NCBI RefSeq assembly: GCF_006345805.1
Contig: NW_021832153.1
Location: 1-31,724 of the forward strand
Direction of reading: 5' to 3'
Length of the DNA stretch: 31,724 nt
Origin: Octopus sinensis
Taxonomy: Eukaryota
The position numbers were made by a program, and so were the translations under genes. Position 1 is the first letter of the stretch; every line of letters starts with the position of its first letter. Below are positions 10,262 to 22,049 of the stretch, piece after piece. The notes beneath the pieces were generated by a model, which saw nothing but the letters and a program-made list of their open reading frames with translations, did not search any database and was not told the origin of the DNA.

Positions 10262-10520
10262 CTTTTATTCTTTCCTGTTTCAGTCATTTAACTGCGGCAA
10301 TGCTGGAGCCTTTAGTCGAAAGATCGACCCCAGGACTTATTTTTTGTAAGCCTAGTATTTATTCTATCGGCCCCTTTTACCGAGCCGCTGGATTACGAGT
10401 GTATGAACTCACCAGCATCGGCTGTCAAGCGATGGTTGGGGGACAGACACTGACACGCACACAAATACACACACACACATGCAAGCACACACACACACAC
10501 ACACACACAGGCCGACCAAA
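10262..10520 (-). mobile_element. SINE family B body
   Basis: TCTTTTATTCTTT...GCGGCAATGCTGGAGC...GATCGACCCCAGGACTTAT aligns with 3300-3530. Confidence 0.8.
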
Positions 10521-10674
10521 GGATTTAGGAGATGAAGAAAAAGAATAAAGAGGGAAAAAAGGAGCATAAAAGCTCACAATTCAACCTTCCGATCCTGAAG
10601 ATTTTAGTCCATAACTCCTTAGATTCAATCCTGCGTAAATCCATGTAGATCTGTGCGTATCTCTTCTTCCTGTT

Positions 10675-10753
10675 TATCCCGATGAAGAGGTCATCTTGAT
10701 GCACTTTAGTGTAAATAAACTGCGGTGGTGAGCTCCCGAAATGGCCATAGATA
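10675..10753 (+). ncRNA. Type I hammerhead motif with extended helix II (U4C core variant)
   Basis: TATC CCGATGA A GAGGTCATC...GGTGAGCTC CC GAAA TGGCCA T A GATA. Helix I is TATC/GATA, helix II has 8 of 9 pairs, and helix III is the palindrome ATGGCCAT. Confidence 0.7.
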
Positions 10754-10930
10754 TATGTGAATGTTGAAGTTGACCTGTGAAGTCTGCTTATTATGAACTT
10801 TTAGATGTAGTTGTGAGAGGAGAGTAAAATAGTTTTATGAAGATGTATGTGAATTTGACGTGTGGAAATCTGTTTACTTATGAACTTTGAAGGCACTTGT
10901 ATGAGGGAAGTAAAAGACTTTTTACAAATA
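10754..10930 (+). repeat. Imperfect ~92-bp tandem duplication
   Basis: TATGTGAAT...TGAC.TGTG...TCTG...TTATGAACTTT...AGTAAAA starts at both 10754 and 10846. Confidence 0.75.
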
Positions 10931-11384
10931 TCTTTAAAAAAATTTGTTTTTAAATCTTTTCAAAATATTTTAATCTTCTGATAAAACTTTTCTAGTCGGT
11001 GGACATTTATTTTATTTTATTTTATTTTATTTTATTTTATTTTATTTTTGCCTTTACATATTTTATATTTGTCTACTAAGTTTTTGTTAGTTTTTTGAAT
11101 TTTTAGTCGTTTATATTTAACTTTTTGATAGGCCGTTCTATTTGTATTTTATTCCATCATAAATTTTTACTTTCTGTGATTTTATATGTATTATTTCTTT
11201 ATGTGTTTGCGAACCATGGCGATTTTTATATATGATTAAATGTTTGTGAGGTGATGTTGTATGTAAAGTCGTTGACCTGAATTTAATTCCTGTTCTATAA
11301 CCAATGGTTCTTTATCTTCGTCTCAATTATATTTGAGCACTTCTTTTGCAATCCTATAAACCCTGATCCACAATATTGATTTCC

Positions 11385-11536
11385 AGCCTATGAGTCATGG
11401 TCTGGACCCTTAGGATATGAGTGACGTTCCTGGGCCCCAGCCCACATGTCACAGGCGAAGATTTCGGCCAATGTGTCATGGTCTGGGACCCTAGACTACG
11501 AGTCACAGTCTAGGGCACTGTCAATGAATCACAGTC
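11385..11536 (-). repeat. Degenerate ~27-bp minisatellite (same family as 16065-16455)
   Basis: Repeated AGCCTATGAGTCACAGTCT-like units, the reverse complement of the units near 16.3 kb. Confidence 0.65.
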
Positions 11537-12349
11537 GTCGACATCGTCGTCATTGTCGCCGTCTTATATAAGAACACATTGGAGACTGATGCCCGATATG
11601 TACCATTCTAGAAGCATAAACGGTATGGTCACGACTTGAATTTCTTTTTATCAAAGATCATTCTGCTTGTTCTTGCAGAACTCTGTCGTGGCTAAACAAC
11701 CACAGCAGCTATCACCACAACGACAAACAGAATATCTTTATCAGAACATAAGCTAATACAACACACTTTTCTGTTCGTTAAAGATGAAGAGATTAACTGC
11801 AAAAATTGCCGATCCCAAAATGGCTCTCTATTTCTGTTGTTTATGTCAGCACAAAATCACGCCAAATATTTTTGCTGTTAGAATCTTCTGGTGCTATCAA
11901 TATTTTGAATAACGAAAATAAATAAATTAATTAACAAATAAACAAATAAATAAGAGTGAATTGAAATTATTGATTATAGTTTTATAATAATCAGAAGGGG
12001 TATAAAATATGTTGATGGCAACATCTGGCCAATCAAGGTAGAGAAGTAATCAGTCATCAAGTTCTCCTCCTCTCCCGCCTCCCCTACTCCTCCTCGTCTT
12101 TCTCGTCACCGTTTTCATCCTTCTACTCCTCTTTAGTTCTCATCTTCCTCCTCATCTTTACCCTATGTCCCGTTCTCGTCATTGTCTTCCTCCTCCCCTC
12201 CTCCTGCTTCCCTTCCGCTTCCTTTAAGTGATTCTTGTTATTCTTGATGCTGCTGTTTGACTACGATTGACAGATGCTAAAACCATAACCATCACGTCTT
12301 GTTTTATAGGTAGAGTGTACCGTAGACCACACCAGCCAATGTTCTTCAT

Positions 12350-12484
12350 ACTAAGCTAAGAGCATTAGATTCCTTGGAAGAAAGCAGCGAATGTATACGA
12401 AAACAAAGACGGAATAAAACGGAGAAATGTTACACAAATACAATCGCTGCTATTTGCCAAAGAATCTAATGCTCTTAGCTTAGT
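12350..12484. repeat. 46-bp inverted repeat (fold-back/MITE-like)
   Basis: 12350-12395 vs 12439-12484: the outer 23 bp are perfect, with 5 mismatches over 46 bp. Confidence 0.85.
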
Positions 12485-12695
12485 TTTTTCTTGTGGTTGG
12501 CCAGATTGGAGCAATCTCGAGGATATCCAGCCGAAATTGCAAAGATAATCTGGAACTCGACTGAGGAAAGAAAATTCCGAATGACCCGACCTTGTTTTCT
12601 TTGTATCGTCTATCTGGATGTTTTGCTGTCCCTTTCTTGTATCACCTCTCTGGATGTTTTGCGTTCTTGTCCCATTTTGTGTCTATATATATATA

Positions 12696-12850
12696 TATTT
12701 CTTTACTACCCACAAGGAGCTAAACACAGAGGGGACAAACAAGGACAGACAAAGGGATTAAGTCGATTATATCGACCCGAAAGGATGAAAGGCAAAGTCG
12801 ACCTCGGTGGAATCTGAACTCAGAACGTAACGGCAGACGAAATACGGCTA
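12696..12850 (-). mobile_element. SINE family A, partial
   Basis: Reverse complement of part of 216-611. Confidence 0.85.
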
Positions 12851-12884
12851 TATATATAGCGGCGACGTACACTTTGGTCTCCCG

Positions 12885-12941
<57 letters not shown>

Positions 12942-13375
12942 CATGTACCCGCGTGCAGGCATAAACACAGACGCAAAAATGCATTCAATTACACTTACAG
13001 CACAACTATGGAAGTCGTGATTTCATTTCTATAATCAACAATATTTCGCTGCTTTCGCGTAATGTTCTTGACGTCAAAATTGAAAGTTATAGAGAACATT
13101 AATTTTGTATATCTTGGTTTGGCTTGTTTCAACCAAGTTGTCATCGATGTGGAGATATAGCATTTTTCTCACAGTGTGATAGTAAAAGAATATAATCATA
13201 GTTTAACCAACGAATTGTTCTAATTCAAAACCCTTATAATTCAATCTTTTATGGTATAAAACAATCCAAATTTATTTTCATAGGACCAGAGATTTGATTT
13301 CTCAATAACAAATTCGTAGGGAAGCAACCGCAACACACGTACACCAAAGCAACAATTGATAGTATTTTAATATCC

Positions 13376-13974
13376 TACTCTAGGCACAAGGCCAGAAATT
13401 TTGGAGAAGCGGGGCCAGCCGTTTAGATCAATCCCAGTCCGCAAATCGTAGTTAATTTATCGACCTCGAAAGGATGAAAGCAAAGTCGACCACGGCGGAA
13501 TTTGAACTCAGAACGTAAGGGCAGACGAAATACCTATTTCTTTACTACCCACAAGGGGCTAAACACAGAGAGGACAGACAAGGACAGACAAACGGATTAA
13601 GTCGATTATATCGACCGCAGTGCGTAACTGGTACTTATTTAATCGACCCCGAAAGGATGAAAGGCAAAGTCGACCTCGGCGGTATTTGAACCCAGAACGT
13701 AACGGCAAACGAAATACCGTTAAACATTCCACCCGGCGTGCTAACATTTCTTATTTCTTTATTGTCAGCAAGGGGCTAAACATAGAAGGGCAAACAAGGA
13801 CAGACAAAGGGATTAAGTTGATAACATCGACCCCAGTGCATAACTGGTACTTAATTTATCGACCTCGAAAGGATGAAAGCAAAGTCGACCACGGCGAAAT
13901 TTGATTTCAGAACGTAAAGACACACGAAATACCGCTAAGATTTTCGCCCAGCGTGCCAAAGTTTGTGCCGGCTC
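13376..13974 (-). mobile_element. Cluster of head-to-tail SINE family A units
   Basis: The core TTTATCGACC.CGAAAGGATGAAAG.CAAAGTCGACC occurs three times in this interval. Confidence 0.85.
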
Positions 13975-14418
13975 AGTATTTTAATATTAAATTCGATACA
14001 GAAATTTGTATTTCCTTTTATTTTTCATGTATTTCCATAAATGTATATTAAATTATATTATTATACATATATTCTTTATAAACACATAGAGCGTTCGAAT
14101 TGTAGTGGCATATTTATTGGCCAAACAGGATATTCACTATCAGAAGTATCTTAATTTATCGACCCTGAAAGGATGAAAGCAAAGTCGACCTCGGTTGTTG
14201 CAGGAAATTCAGGTCCAAAATTCCCGTCAGATCCCATTAAGCAATCATATAGAAACATGTGATATGAAAATGTTGTTAGCATTCACATTTTAGAAACATC
14301 ACGATTTAAATGATGCTGGAAGATGAGTAAGAGAAAAATGATTTTATTGAGCTTTAATCCGTTTTGAATGGACAATAATATGAAGAATAATAATTCTTTC
14401 TAAAATAAGAACAACGTA

Positions 14419-14457
<39 letters not shown>

Positions 14458-14591
14458 CACTACCACTACCACCACCACCACTACTACTTTGAAAAATTTC
14501 CGTCAAAAGAAATCCAACTTAGGTGGGTGTTTTATTCCGAAAGTCCGTCAAGGCATTCTATTGATGATGATGATGATGATGATAATGATCA

Positions 14592-14796
14592 TTTCTATTA
14601 TAAGCACAAAGTCAGATTTTTTGGGGGAGGGAAGGATTACATGGAACCCAGTACACAGCTAATACTTATCATGTCTACCCCGATGGGCTGTAGGGTAAAG
14701 TTGACGTCGGCGGAATTTGAACTCAGAACGTGAAGACAGACAAAATGTCACAAAGTATTTTGCCCAGCGTACTAACGATTCTGCCAGCTCACTGCC
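14592..14796 (-). mobile_element. SINE family A monomer, diverged
   Basis: The minus strand begins GGCAGTGAGCTGGCAGAATCGTTAG and contains GAGTTCAAATTCC. Confidence 0.8.
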
Positions 14797-14979
14797 TTAA
14801 TAATAGTCATAATTGAGATCATCTTTACAAAACAAAACATTGAGAGCAAAATATATATCGAAATAGTGACGAGTGTGTATATAATCGCTATTTTTGTTGC
14901 ACTTATGCCTTTAGAAATATAAAAAAGTAATAATGATAATAATAATAATAATAATAATAATGATAATAATAATAATAAT

Positions 14980-15175
14980 CTGAAAATCATAGAAATATCC
15001 TACAATCTAGATGTATTGTAAAGTCGGTATTACTTGGAACTGCACGCATATTGCGTAAAGTACTGTCTGTCTGAGGTCCTTGTTGTGACTTGACAAACAG
15101 TACAATCCCCCCCATCCCCGGTAGACACAATATCTTAAATCAACAATCTCACAATATTGTATACTGTGCGACGTC

Positions 15176-15177
<2 letters not shown>
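14980..15177 (+). mobile_element. 5'-truncated Dong/R4-clade non-LTR retrotransposon 3' end inside (AAT)n
   Basis: Reads LKIIEISYNLDVL*/KSVLLGTARILRKVLSV* (R4-type C-terminal QKxVLLGTAxILRK motif), followed by a ~100-nt UTR. (AAT)n lies on both sides. Confidence 0.75.
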
Positions 15178-15224
<47 letters not shown>

Positions 15225-15229
15225 TAATA

Positions 15230-15264
<35 letters not shown>

Positions 15265-15647
15265 AGTGCTGCTGCTGCCGCTGATGTTATTAAAAAAACT
15301 GTAGTCAAATTAACAACATCATTGATACGAATGTGTACTTAATTTCATTCAAAACTGTTTTAGGTGGGACTACTCTTTGAAGTCAAATTTTCTAGGGGTG
15401 TCACTGATTACTGAAAATTTTCGATGAACCAGCGCAGACAATATCAAATGTGTTATCCTGTTCATTAAATAGGAAAGTAATTAAAGAAAAATATTCCGTT
15501 CTTTTGCTACAGTTGTCAACTGTTAAGCAAAGTAGCAGGTTCTCAATAGTGTTGCCTAAACATTTACTTGGAGATTGCTACAAAACAATGTAAAATGCAA
15601 TATTGTAAAATTGAAAACACACAAAATAAAATATGAAAATAGGACTG

Positions 15648-15717
<70 letters not shown>

Positions 15718-15721
15718 CACG

Positions 15722-15875
15722 ATGGGTCTTTCAGTTTCCGTCTACCAATCCACTAACAAGGCTTTGGTCGGCCCGAGTTATAGTAGAAGACACTTGCCCA
15801 AGGTACCACGCAGTGGAACTGAACCTGGAACCATGTAGTTGTTTAGCAAGCTACTTACCACACAGCCACTCCTGT
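15722..15875 (-). mobile_element. SINE family B head
   Basis: The minus strand begins GGACAGGAGTGGCTGTGTGGTAAGTAGCTTGC...GGTTCAGTTCCACTGC. Confidence 0.85.
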
Positions 15876-15881
15876 CCTATA

Positions 15882-15960
<79 letters not shown>

Positions 15961-15980
15961 CTATATATATATTATATATA

Positions 15981-16027
<47 letters not shown>

Positions 16028-16064
16028 GTATGTTATATATGTATGTATTATGTATGTATAAAAC

Positions 16065-16455
16065 AAGAGGCTGGGACTGGACTGTGACTTATAGTCTGGA
16101 ACTCAAGATCACGCGATATAGGTTGATTCACTAGACTTGGATTCATATATTGGAATCATAGACTCTGGTTCACTGGTTATGGCTTCAGACTCTGGCTCAA
16201 ACGCTGGAGCTTTATAGTTATAGGCTAGGACCTTACACTTTAAACTCATAGGCTGGAGTCATAAACTGTGTTTCATAGGCTGTGTCCATAGACCGTATTT
16301 CATAAGCAAGGAATTAGATTCTGAGTCATAGGCTGTGGAATTAGTGTGTGGGCTTTTAAACTGTGACATAGGCTGGAGCGATAGTCTGTGATCCCACGGC
16401 TGGCGACTTTGGTTATGACTCATAAGCCGGGGTACAGACTGTGACTCATAGAATG
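16065..16455 (+). repeat. Degenerate ~27-bp minisatellite
   Basis: CATAGGCT-like anchors at about 16219, 16247, 16274, 16301, 16327, 16367, 16395, 16421 and 16447. Confidence 0.75.
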
Positions 16456-16692
16456 GTGTCAGATCTATCAGTCTGCCTTAACCCTCTAGACATATAAACA
16501 AGGGTTTTCTAATCATGATCACCCCATGTTGTTACTGTCTACTTATTTTTTACAACGTATCTCCTACCACCTTATCTAATGTATCCTTCCATTTCTTCGT
16601 TGATATTTGCTCTTGTTATCATTACTTAACGACATAAATCTTTGATGCAGCAGACTTATCAAAAGTATCTCAAACTAGAGCACCTTATTATT

Positions 16693-17235
16693 GAGTGGGA
16701 AAGCAGTGCATGACACTGGGGTGAAATATACGAAACCTAGTATACCCATCATGACTACCCGCCTGATAAGATTACACTAGGCACATGCATCACAACCATA
16801 TGTGCGCGACATGGTGATTTCATATCAAGATAAACAGCGCATGATCTTGCAGGTGGGGCCCTGTTAGAATTTTCTTCAGGTCGAGTACCTCATCCCGCTC
16901 AAATGGTCGTTGAATAAAGGTTGTTTAAGGATATTGAACGAACAGCTTGTTTTTCACGAGGTGAATTATTCAAGCTCCAAAGAATTTCTCTCAACACATT
17001 GCTATGATGCTACCCCACTACGTCTGCTCGTGATCAGAGATGCACATATCGTCAGCCACTAAGGGACATGCTCAACTGGTTAAGGTCAAGCAAGTGACAA
17101 GCAAATCTGTGGTATTGAGCAGAATGTTTGCTGTAGCCCATCTTTTATACCAAGACAAAACAATGTAAATGATAACACTTGCAATCAGTTAAGATCAGAA
17201 GCCACGAGAGCCACTGCCTGGTACTGTATCAGAAC
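16693..17235 (-). mobile_element. Unclassified ~550-bp (AAT)n-associated element, copy 1
   Basis: Full-length reverse complement of 18881-19431 and 19591-20144. It is flanked by TTATTATT on the left and (ATC/ATT)n on the right. Confidence 0.9.
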
Positions 17236-17255
17236 ATTTATCATCATCATTGTCA

Positions 17256-17290
<35 letters not shown>

Positions 17291-17974
17291 GAGAAGGAGA
17301 CCATATAAATGCTTGTTTCTATTTTCAGGTTATTTCTTTGCATCTATAACTACCGGCCTTTGGTATCTGTCTTGACGTTCGTATCTCTAGCAAACTGACT
17401 ACACATGTTGTTGTCATCGATGTTGTTGCTGTTTATGAGTATGATTCAGCTATATTGCATCCAGGACTACACAATCCAATGTGCCCTTCTATTTTTTAGA
17501 TTATTGGATATAACTGGAGCACCATTTGACTGCTATTTCTAGAACGCCGAACCAAAACATAGAAGCCGCTTCGCTTGTTCTCCACGCTGTTGCTTTTGAG
17601 AAATTCTGATTTCAGGATATTTTGTGCGGCCTCTTTCCAGGATTTCGTCCTCATAATTATTCATTTGTTTTCTCATCTTTTATCATTAAATATCACTGTG
17701 TTCATGGACAACGCTTTTAAATTAGATCTACGGTATGTAGGTAATTGCTGGAATGTCTCTGAGTATTCTAATGTTCTTGTGATAATTTACCTCATTACCT
17801 TTTAAGATGATGTGTCAGTCTTAAACATTCATTTATGATGTTATCTATAATTACCCACATACTTGATATAAACATTAATTCTATAAAACACTGGGTTTTT
17901 TTCTTATCTGTTTGTTTTTCTTTCATTCAGATAGACAGACACACACACACACACATACTTACACACACATATAC

Positions 17975-18058
<84 letters not shown>

Positions 18059-18190
18059 ATGTGCGTGCATGTGTGTGTATGTGTGTCTAAGAATAGAATT
18101 TCAAAGAATTAGGGCTCACAATAGCAGAGTCCGGTATTAACTTACCATGAAATGTTATGAATTGTAGTGTATTCGTTACGTTATCGCACA

Positions 18191-18682
18191 GTCGAAACGT
18201 AGGGTCTGGCGGTCTCGTGGCTAGAAGATGGTAGGAGTTCATTACCCTGCTTTTAATGTATATCATTGGCAGATTGCATCGAATAGCCAGCTGGAGGAGG
18301 CGTCCTCCTGGGTTTAAAAACAGCAGTATCGTCGGTTCCTACGAAACAGCCATGTTTAAACGGCTATAAACATTACTTCCCAGTACAGCCAAAGCTTTCA
18401 TTTCTGATAGAGATTTTCTAACTAGCTAATTTGCTTTTTCAGGATCAATGAGTAGATGTCACTTGTTTTCTATATATTGCGATCTCGAGCGAACTACTGC
18501 TATCTTTAGCGAACGAGTATCTACCATCGAGAATGACCACAAAGAGGTCGAAACCATACTGTTGGTGATCTCATGGCTGGAAGTTGGTAGGGGTTCACTC
18601 CCCTACTTGCAATATATATCGAATGCCGATTGCGTCGAATAACCAGCTGGAGAAGACGTCCTCTTATAGTAGTAACGTCAGG
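18191..18682 (+). repeat. Old ~140-bp direct repeat, period 356 bp
   Basis: GTCGAAAC...TCTCRTGGCT.GAAG.TGGTAGG.GTTCA...CGAATA.CCAGCTGGAG.AG.CGTCCTC at 18191-18335 and 18547-18682. Confidence 0.75.
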
Positions 18683-18746
18683 AGCTAAGACTCTGATTTG
18701 CGGAGAAGTAGAGCATTCTTACGCAATTAAAGATTTTGTATAAACG

Positions 18747-18813
<67 letters not shown>

Positions 18814-18880
18814 CAACAACAACGACGACAACAACGACGACGGCGACAACAACAACAACAACAACAACAAAAACAATAAT

Positions 18881-19431
18881 GCCCTGATGCAGTACCAGGC
18901 AGCGGCTCTCGTAGCTTCTGATCTTAACTGATTGGAAGTGTTATGTACATTGTTTTGTCTTGGTATAAAAGATGGCCTACAGCAAATATTCTGCTCAATA
19001 CCACAGATTTGCTGGTCAGTTGTTTAACCTTTACCAGTTGACCGTATCCCTTAGTGGCTGACGATATGTGCATCTCTGATCACGAGCAGAAGTACTGGGG
19101 GAGCATCATAGCCATGTGTTGAGAGGGATTCTTTGGGGTTTGAATAATTCACCTCTGGAAACATGGGTGTTTCGTTCAACATCCTTAAACAACCCGTATT
19201 CAACGACCATTTGAGCGGGATGGGTTACTCGACCTGAAGAAAAATGTAACTGAGACCCACCTGCAAGCTCATGTGCTGTTTATCTTGATCTGAGATCACC
19301 GTGTCGCACACATATGGTTGTGATGCATGTGCCTAGTGTAATCTTATCAGGCGGGTAGTCATGATGGATATACTGGGCTTCGTATATTTTACCCCGGGGT
19401 CACTTTGTTGACATGGACTGCACTCTCACTC
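18881..19431 (+). mobile_element. Unclassified ~550-bp (AAT)n-associated element, copy 2
   Basis: Begins GCCCTGATGCAGTACCAGGC and ends CTCTCACTC, with (AAT/AAC)n on the left and (AAT)n on the right. Confidence 0.9.
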
Positions 19432-19463
19432 AATAATAATGATAATAATAATAATAATAATAA

Positions 19464-19522
<59 letters not shown>

Positions 19523-19543
19523 TAGTAATAGTAATAATAATAA

Positions 19544-19590
<47 letters not shown>

Positions 19591-20144
19591 GCCCTGATGC
19601 AGTACCAGGCAGTGGATCTCACGGCTTCTGATCTTAACTGATTGGAAGTGTTATCATGTACATTGTTTTGTCTTGGTATAAAAGATGGGCTACAGCAAAT
19701 ATTCTGCTCAATACCACAGATTTGCTTGTCAGTTGTTTGACCTTAACCAGTTGAGCATGTCCCTTAGTGGCTGACGATATGTGCATCTCTGATCACGAGC
19801 AGAAGTAGTGGGGGAGCATCATAGCCATGTGTTGAGAGGGATTCTTTGGGGTTTGAATAGTTCACCTCTGGAAACATGGGTGGTTCTTTCAACATCCTTA
19901 AACAACCCTTATTCAGGGACCGTTTGAGCGGGATGGGCTACTCAACCTGAAGAAAATTCTAACTGGGCCCCACCTGCAAGGTCATGTGCTGTTTATCTTG
20001 ATATGAGATCACCATGTCGCTCACATATGGTTGTGATGCATGTGCCTGGTGTACCTTTATCAGACGGGTAGTCATGATGGGTATATTGGGCTTCGTATAT
20101 TTTACCCCAGTGTCACTTTGATGGCATGAACTGCTCTCTCACTC
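19591..20144 (+). mobile_element. Unclassified ~550-bp (AAT)n-associated element, copy 3
   Basis: Same termini as copy 2 and flanked by (AAT)n on both sides. Confidence 0.9.
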
Positions 20145-20179
<35 letters not shown>

Positions 20180-21714
20180 GAGACCTTTTCCTTGCTAATG
20201 CCTATTTTATACACATGACTCTCCCTGATTTTCACATATCAGTAACATAGAAATAATCTTTACGTTCTTATTTCATCCGAAATGTGGGTTTGCTATATTT
20301 AAATTTATTTCACTTCTTATTTATGTAATGTTAGGTATAAAACAGATATTACTTAATTTATGAACTGGAGAAAAAAAATATGCAAATTAGGCTATCCAAT
20401 ACGACGCTAGCCTAACTTATAGTCACTAACCCCTGGTATTGATTAGAGAAGAAGCCTTGTACCAACAAGCCATAAAACAATCCAAAGACTTCCACCTCCT
20501 GTTCCGTACATCAGTAGTATTGAAAGAAGGCGTTTACATTCTTATTTGACCTACAGTGAGGCTTTGTAATATTTAAATTCATTTCAGTTTTGTTTTACGC
20601 TGTTATATGCATAAATAGATATTATTTGAATTATTTTATTTCTAATTTAATTTGTTTTAATCTTCAACAAATTATTGATATGGCTGACTATTAAAAATAC
20701 CTCATTTAATTTCTTGCATATTAATTAGTGATTTGACCAGAAACGACAAAAATAAAAACAATTATTGAAAGCTTTCTCCTAAAATTCGATAACAGCTTAA
20801 TGTTGATGCTATTTTTGTTTAACTCCGAGCGAGCTCTGTTCGGCAGAACTATGGTTATGATCATATTTATACCAGCCGTGACTGACTCTTATTGTTAAAT
20901 ATGTAACACTACATGCTTAACGTTTCTTTCTAGTTTAAAGAGGACAGGGTGTTATTTAACTATCTGGTTACGAAATTTCTGTTGAAATACACTGTCCTTG
21001 TATCTATAAATTTTGAAAATAATGAAGCGTTCAGTGATATAATTGCATCGTTATTAAGCTGGTGTTTGTAACATAAACTAAAATGGAATTTTAATGAAAG
21101 ATTTTAATTCAGATCAGTTTGAAACAAAAAGATTGTATCAAAGATACAGAGTGGCCTTACAAGGGTTGGTATTAAAAGAGGGATGATACTTGGCTGCTTT
21201 TTTCTAGTAGTTCATGATAGAAGTTCCTTATCTGCTTCGGAAATGATTTAATGGCTGTCTTTATCAACAAACCTGGATTATGGCTTTATTCATTAAAATG
21301 GTATTTTTTATTCATGCTTTTTTTTTTAATTATAAGGTCAGTCGTGTTGTGTAAGATAATTGGTTTTCTTTATATGAAAAAAAAAGTTTGCTCTGGGTTC
21401 TCCTGTTTTGACAAGATTCCATTCTTTTCTCAAAGAAATATCAAAGGGAATTGTAACAATAAATATATTGTGTTTCCTTCCATCTCATGTCTGATGTCTC
21501 GCTAAGTTCATCTTTTGAACCTGAGTTTTTTAATTAAGACTTATTGAAATTCCGTCACTAGATAGTAAGCTTGAATTTATGAGATTATTATCAGAGACTA
21601 GTAGGTGATAACTTTAATAAAATTTGGTTATAATAATTTAATTTCTTTTTTCATTGACTTGAAATAGGGCAGAATTTGTCTGGATTTCAAATAAGCTTTA
21701 TAACTATAAATAAT

Positions 21715-21928
21715 TCTATTATACGAAGAAGGCCTAAAATTTGGGAGAACAGAGGCTAGTCGTTTACATCGACTCCTCCTCATCTACTGACTCTACTTAT
21801 TTTATTGACCCTCGAAAGAGTAAAAGGGAAAATCGAACTCCGTGATATTTGAACACATAACGCAACGCCGGAAGAAATTATGCAAAGCATTTTAGCTGGC
21901 ATGCTAACGATTCTGCCATCTCGCTGTC
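21715..21928 (-). mobile_element. SINE family A monomer, diverged
   Basis: The minus strand reads GACAGCGAGATGGCAGAATCGTTAGCATGCCAG...GTGTTCAAAT. Confidence 0.75.
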
Positions 21929-22049
21929 TCCGTATGACATTACCTATTATAAAAGAACATTAATCTCATTATTCTCTTCTATGAGACATTCAAAAGATAA
22001 TGGCATGTGTACGATACTCTTTAGAAAAAATATTCTGGCAAAATACTGA

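Noticed and set aside
11661-11930. Possible terminal exon (acceptor TTCTTGCAG at 11678, 25 open codons, AATAAA downstream)
   Set aside because: The peptide is unrecognisable, no upstream exon is seen, and such signals are common in AT-rich DNA.
12514-12546. ATCT-CGAGGA...GAAATTGCAA-AGAT hammerhead look-alike
   Set aside because: The core is one base short, there is no helix II, and there is no UH cleavage site.
17480-17780. Complex sequence with broken minus-strand frames, perhaps an old LINE
   Set aside because: No motif could be assigned with confidence.
19791-19815. GATCACGA and GTAGTGGGGGA words shared with U1 snRNA inside the 550-bp element
   Set aside because: They are far closer together than in U1, and neither the 5' ACTTACC nor the Sm site is present; probably chance.
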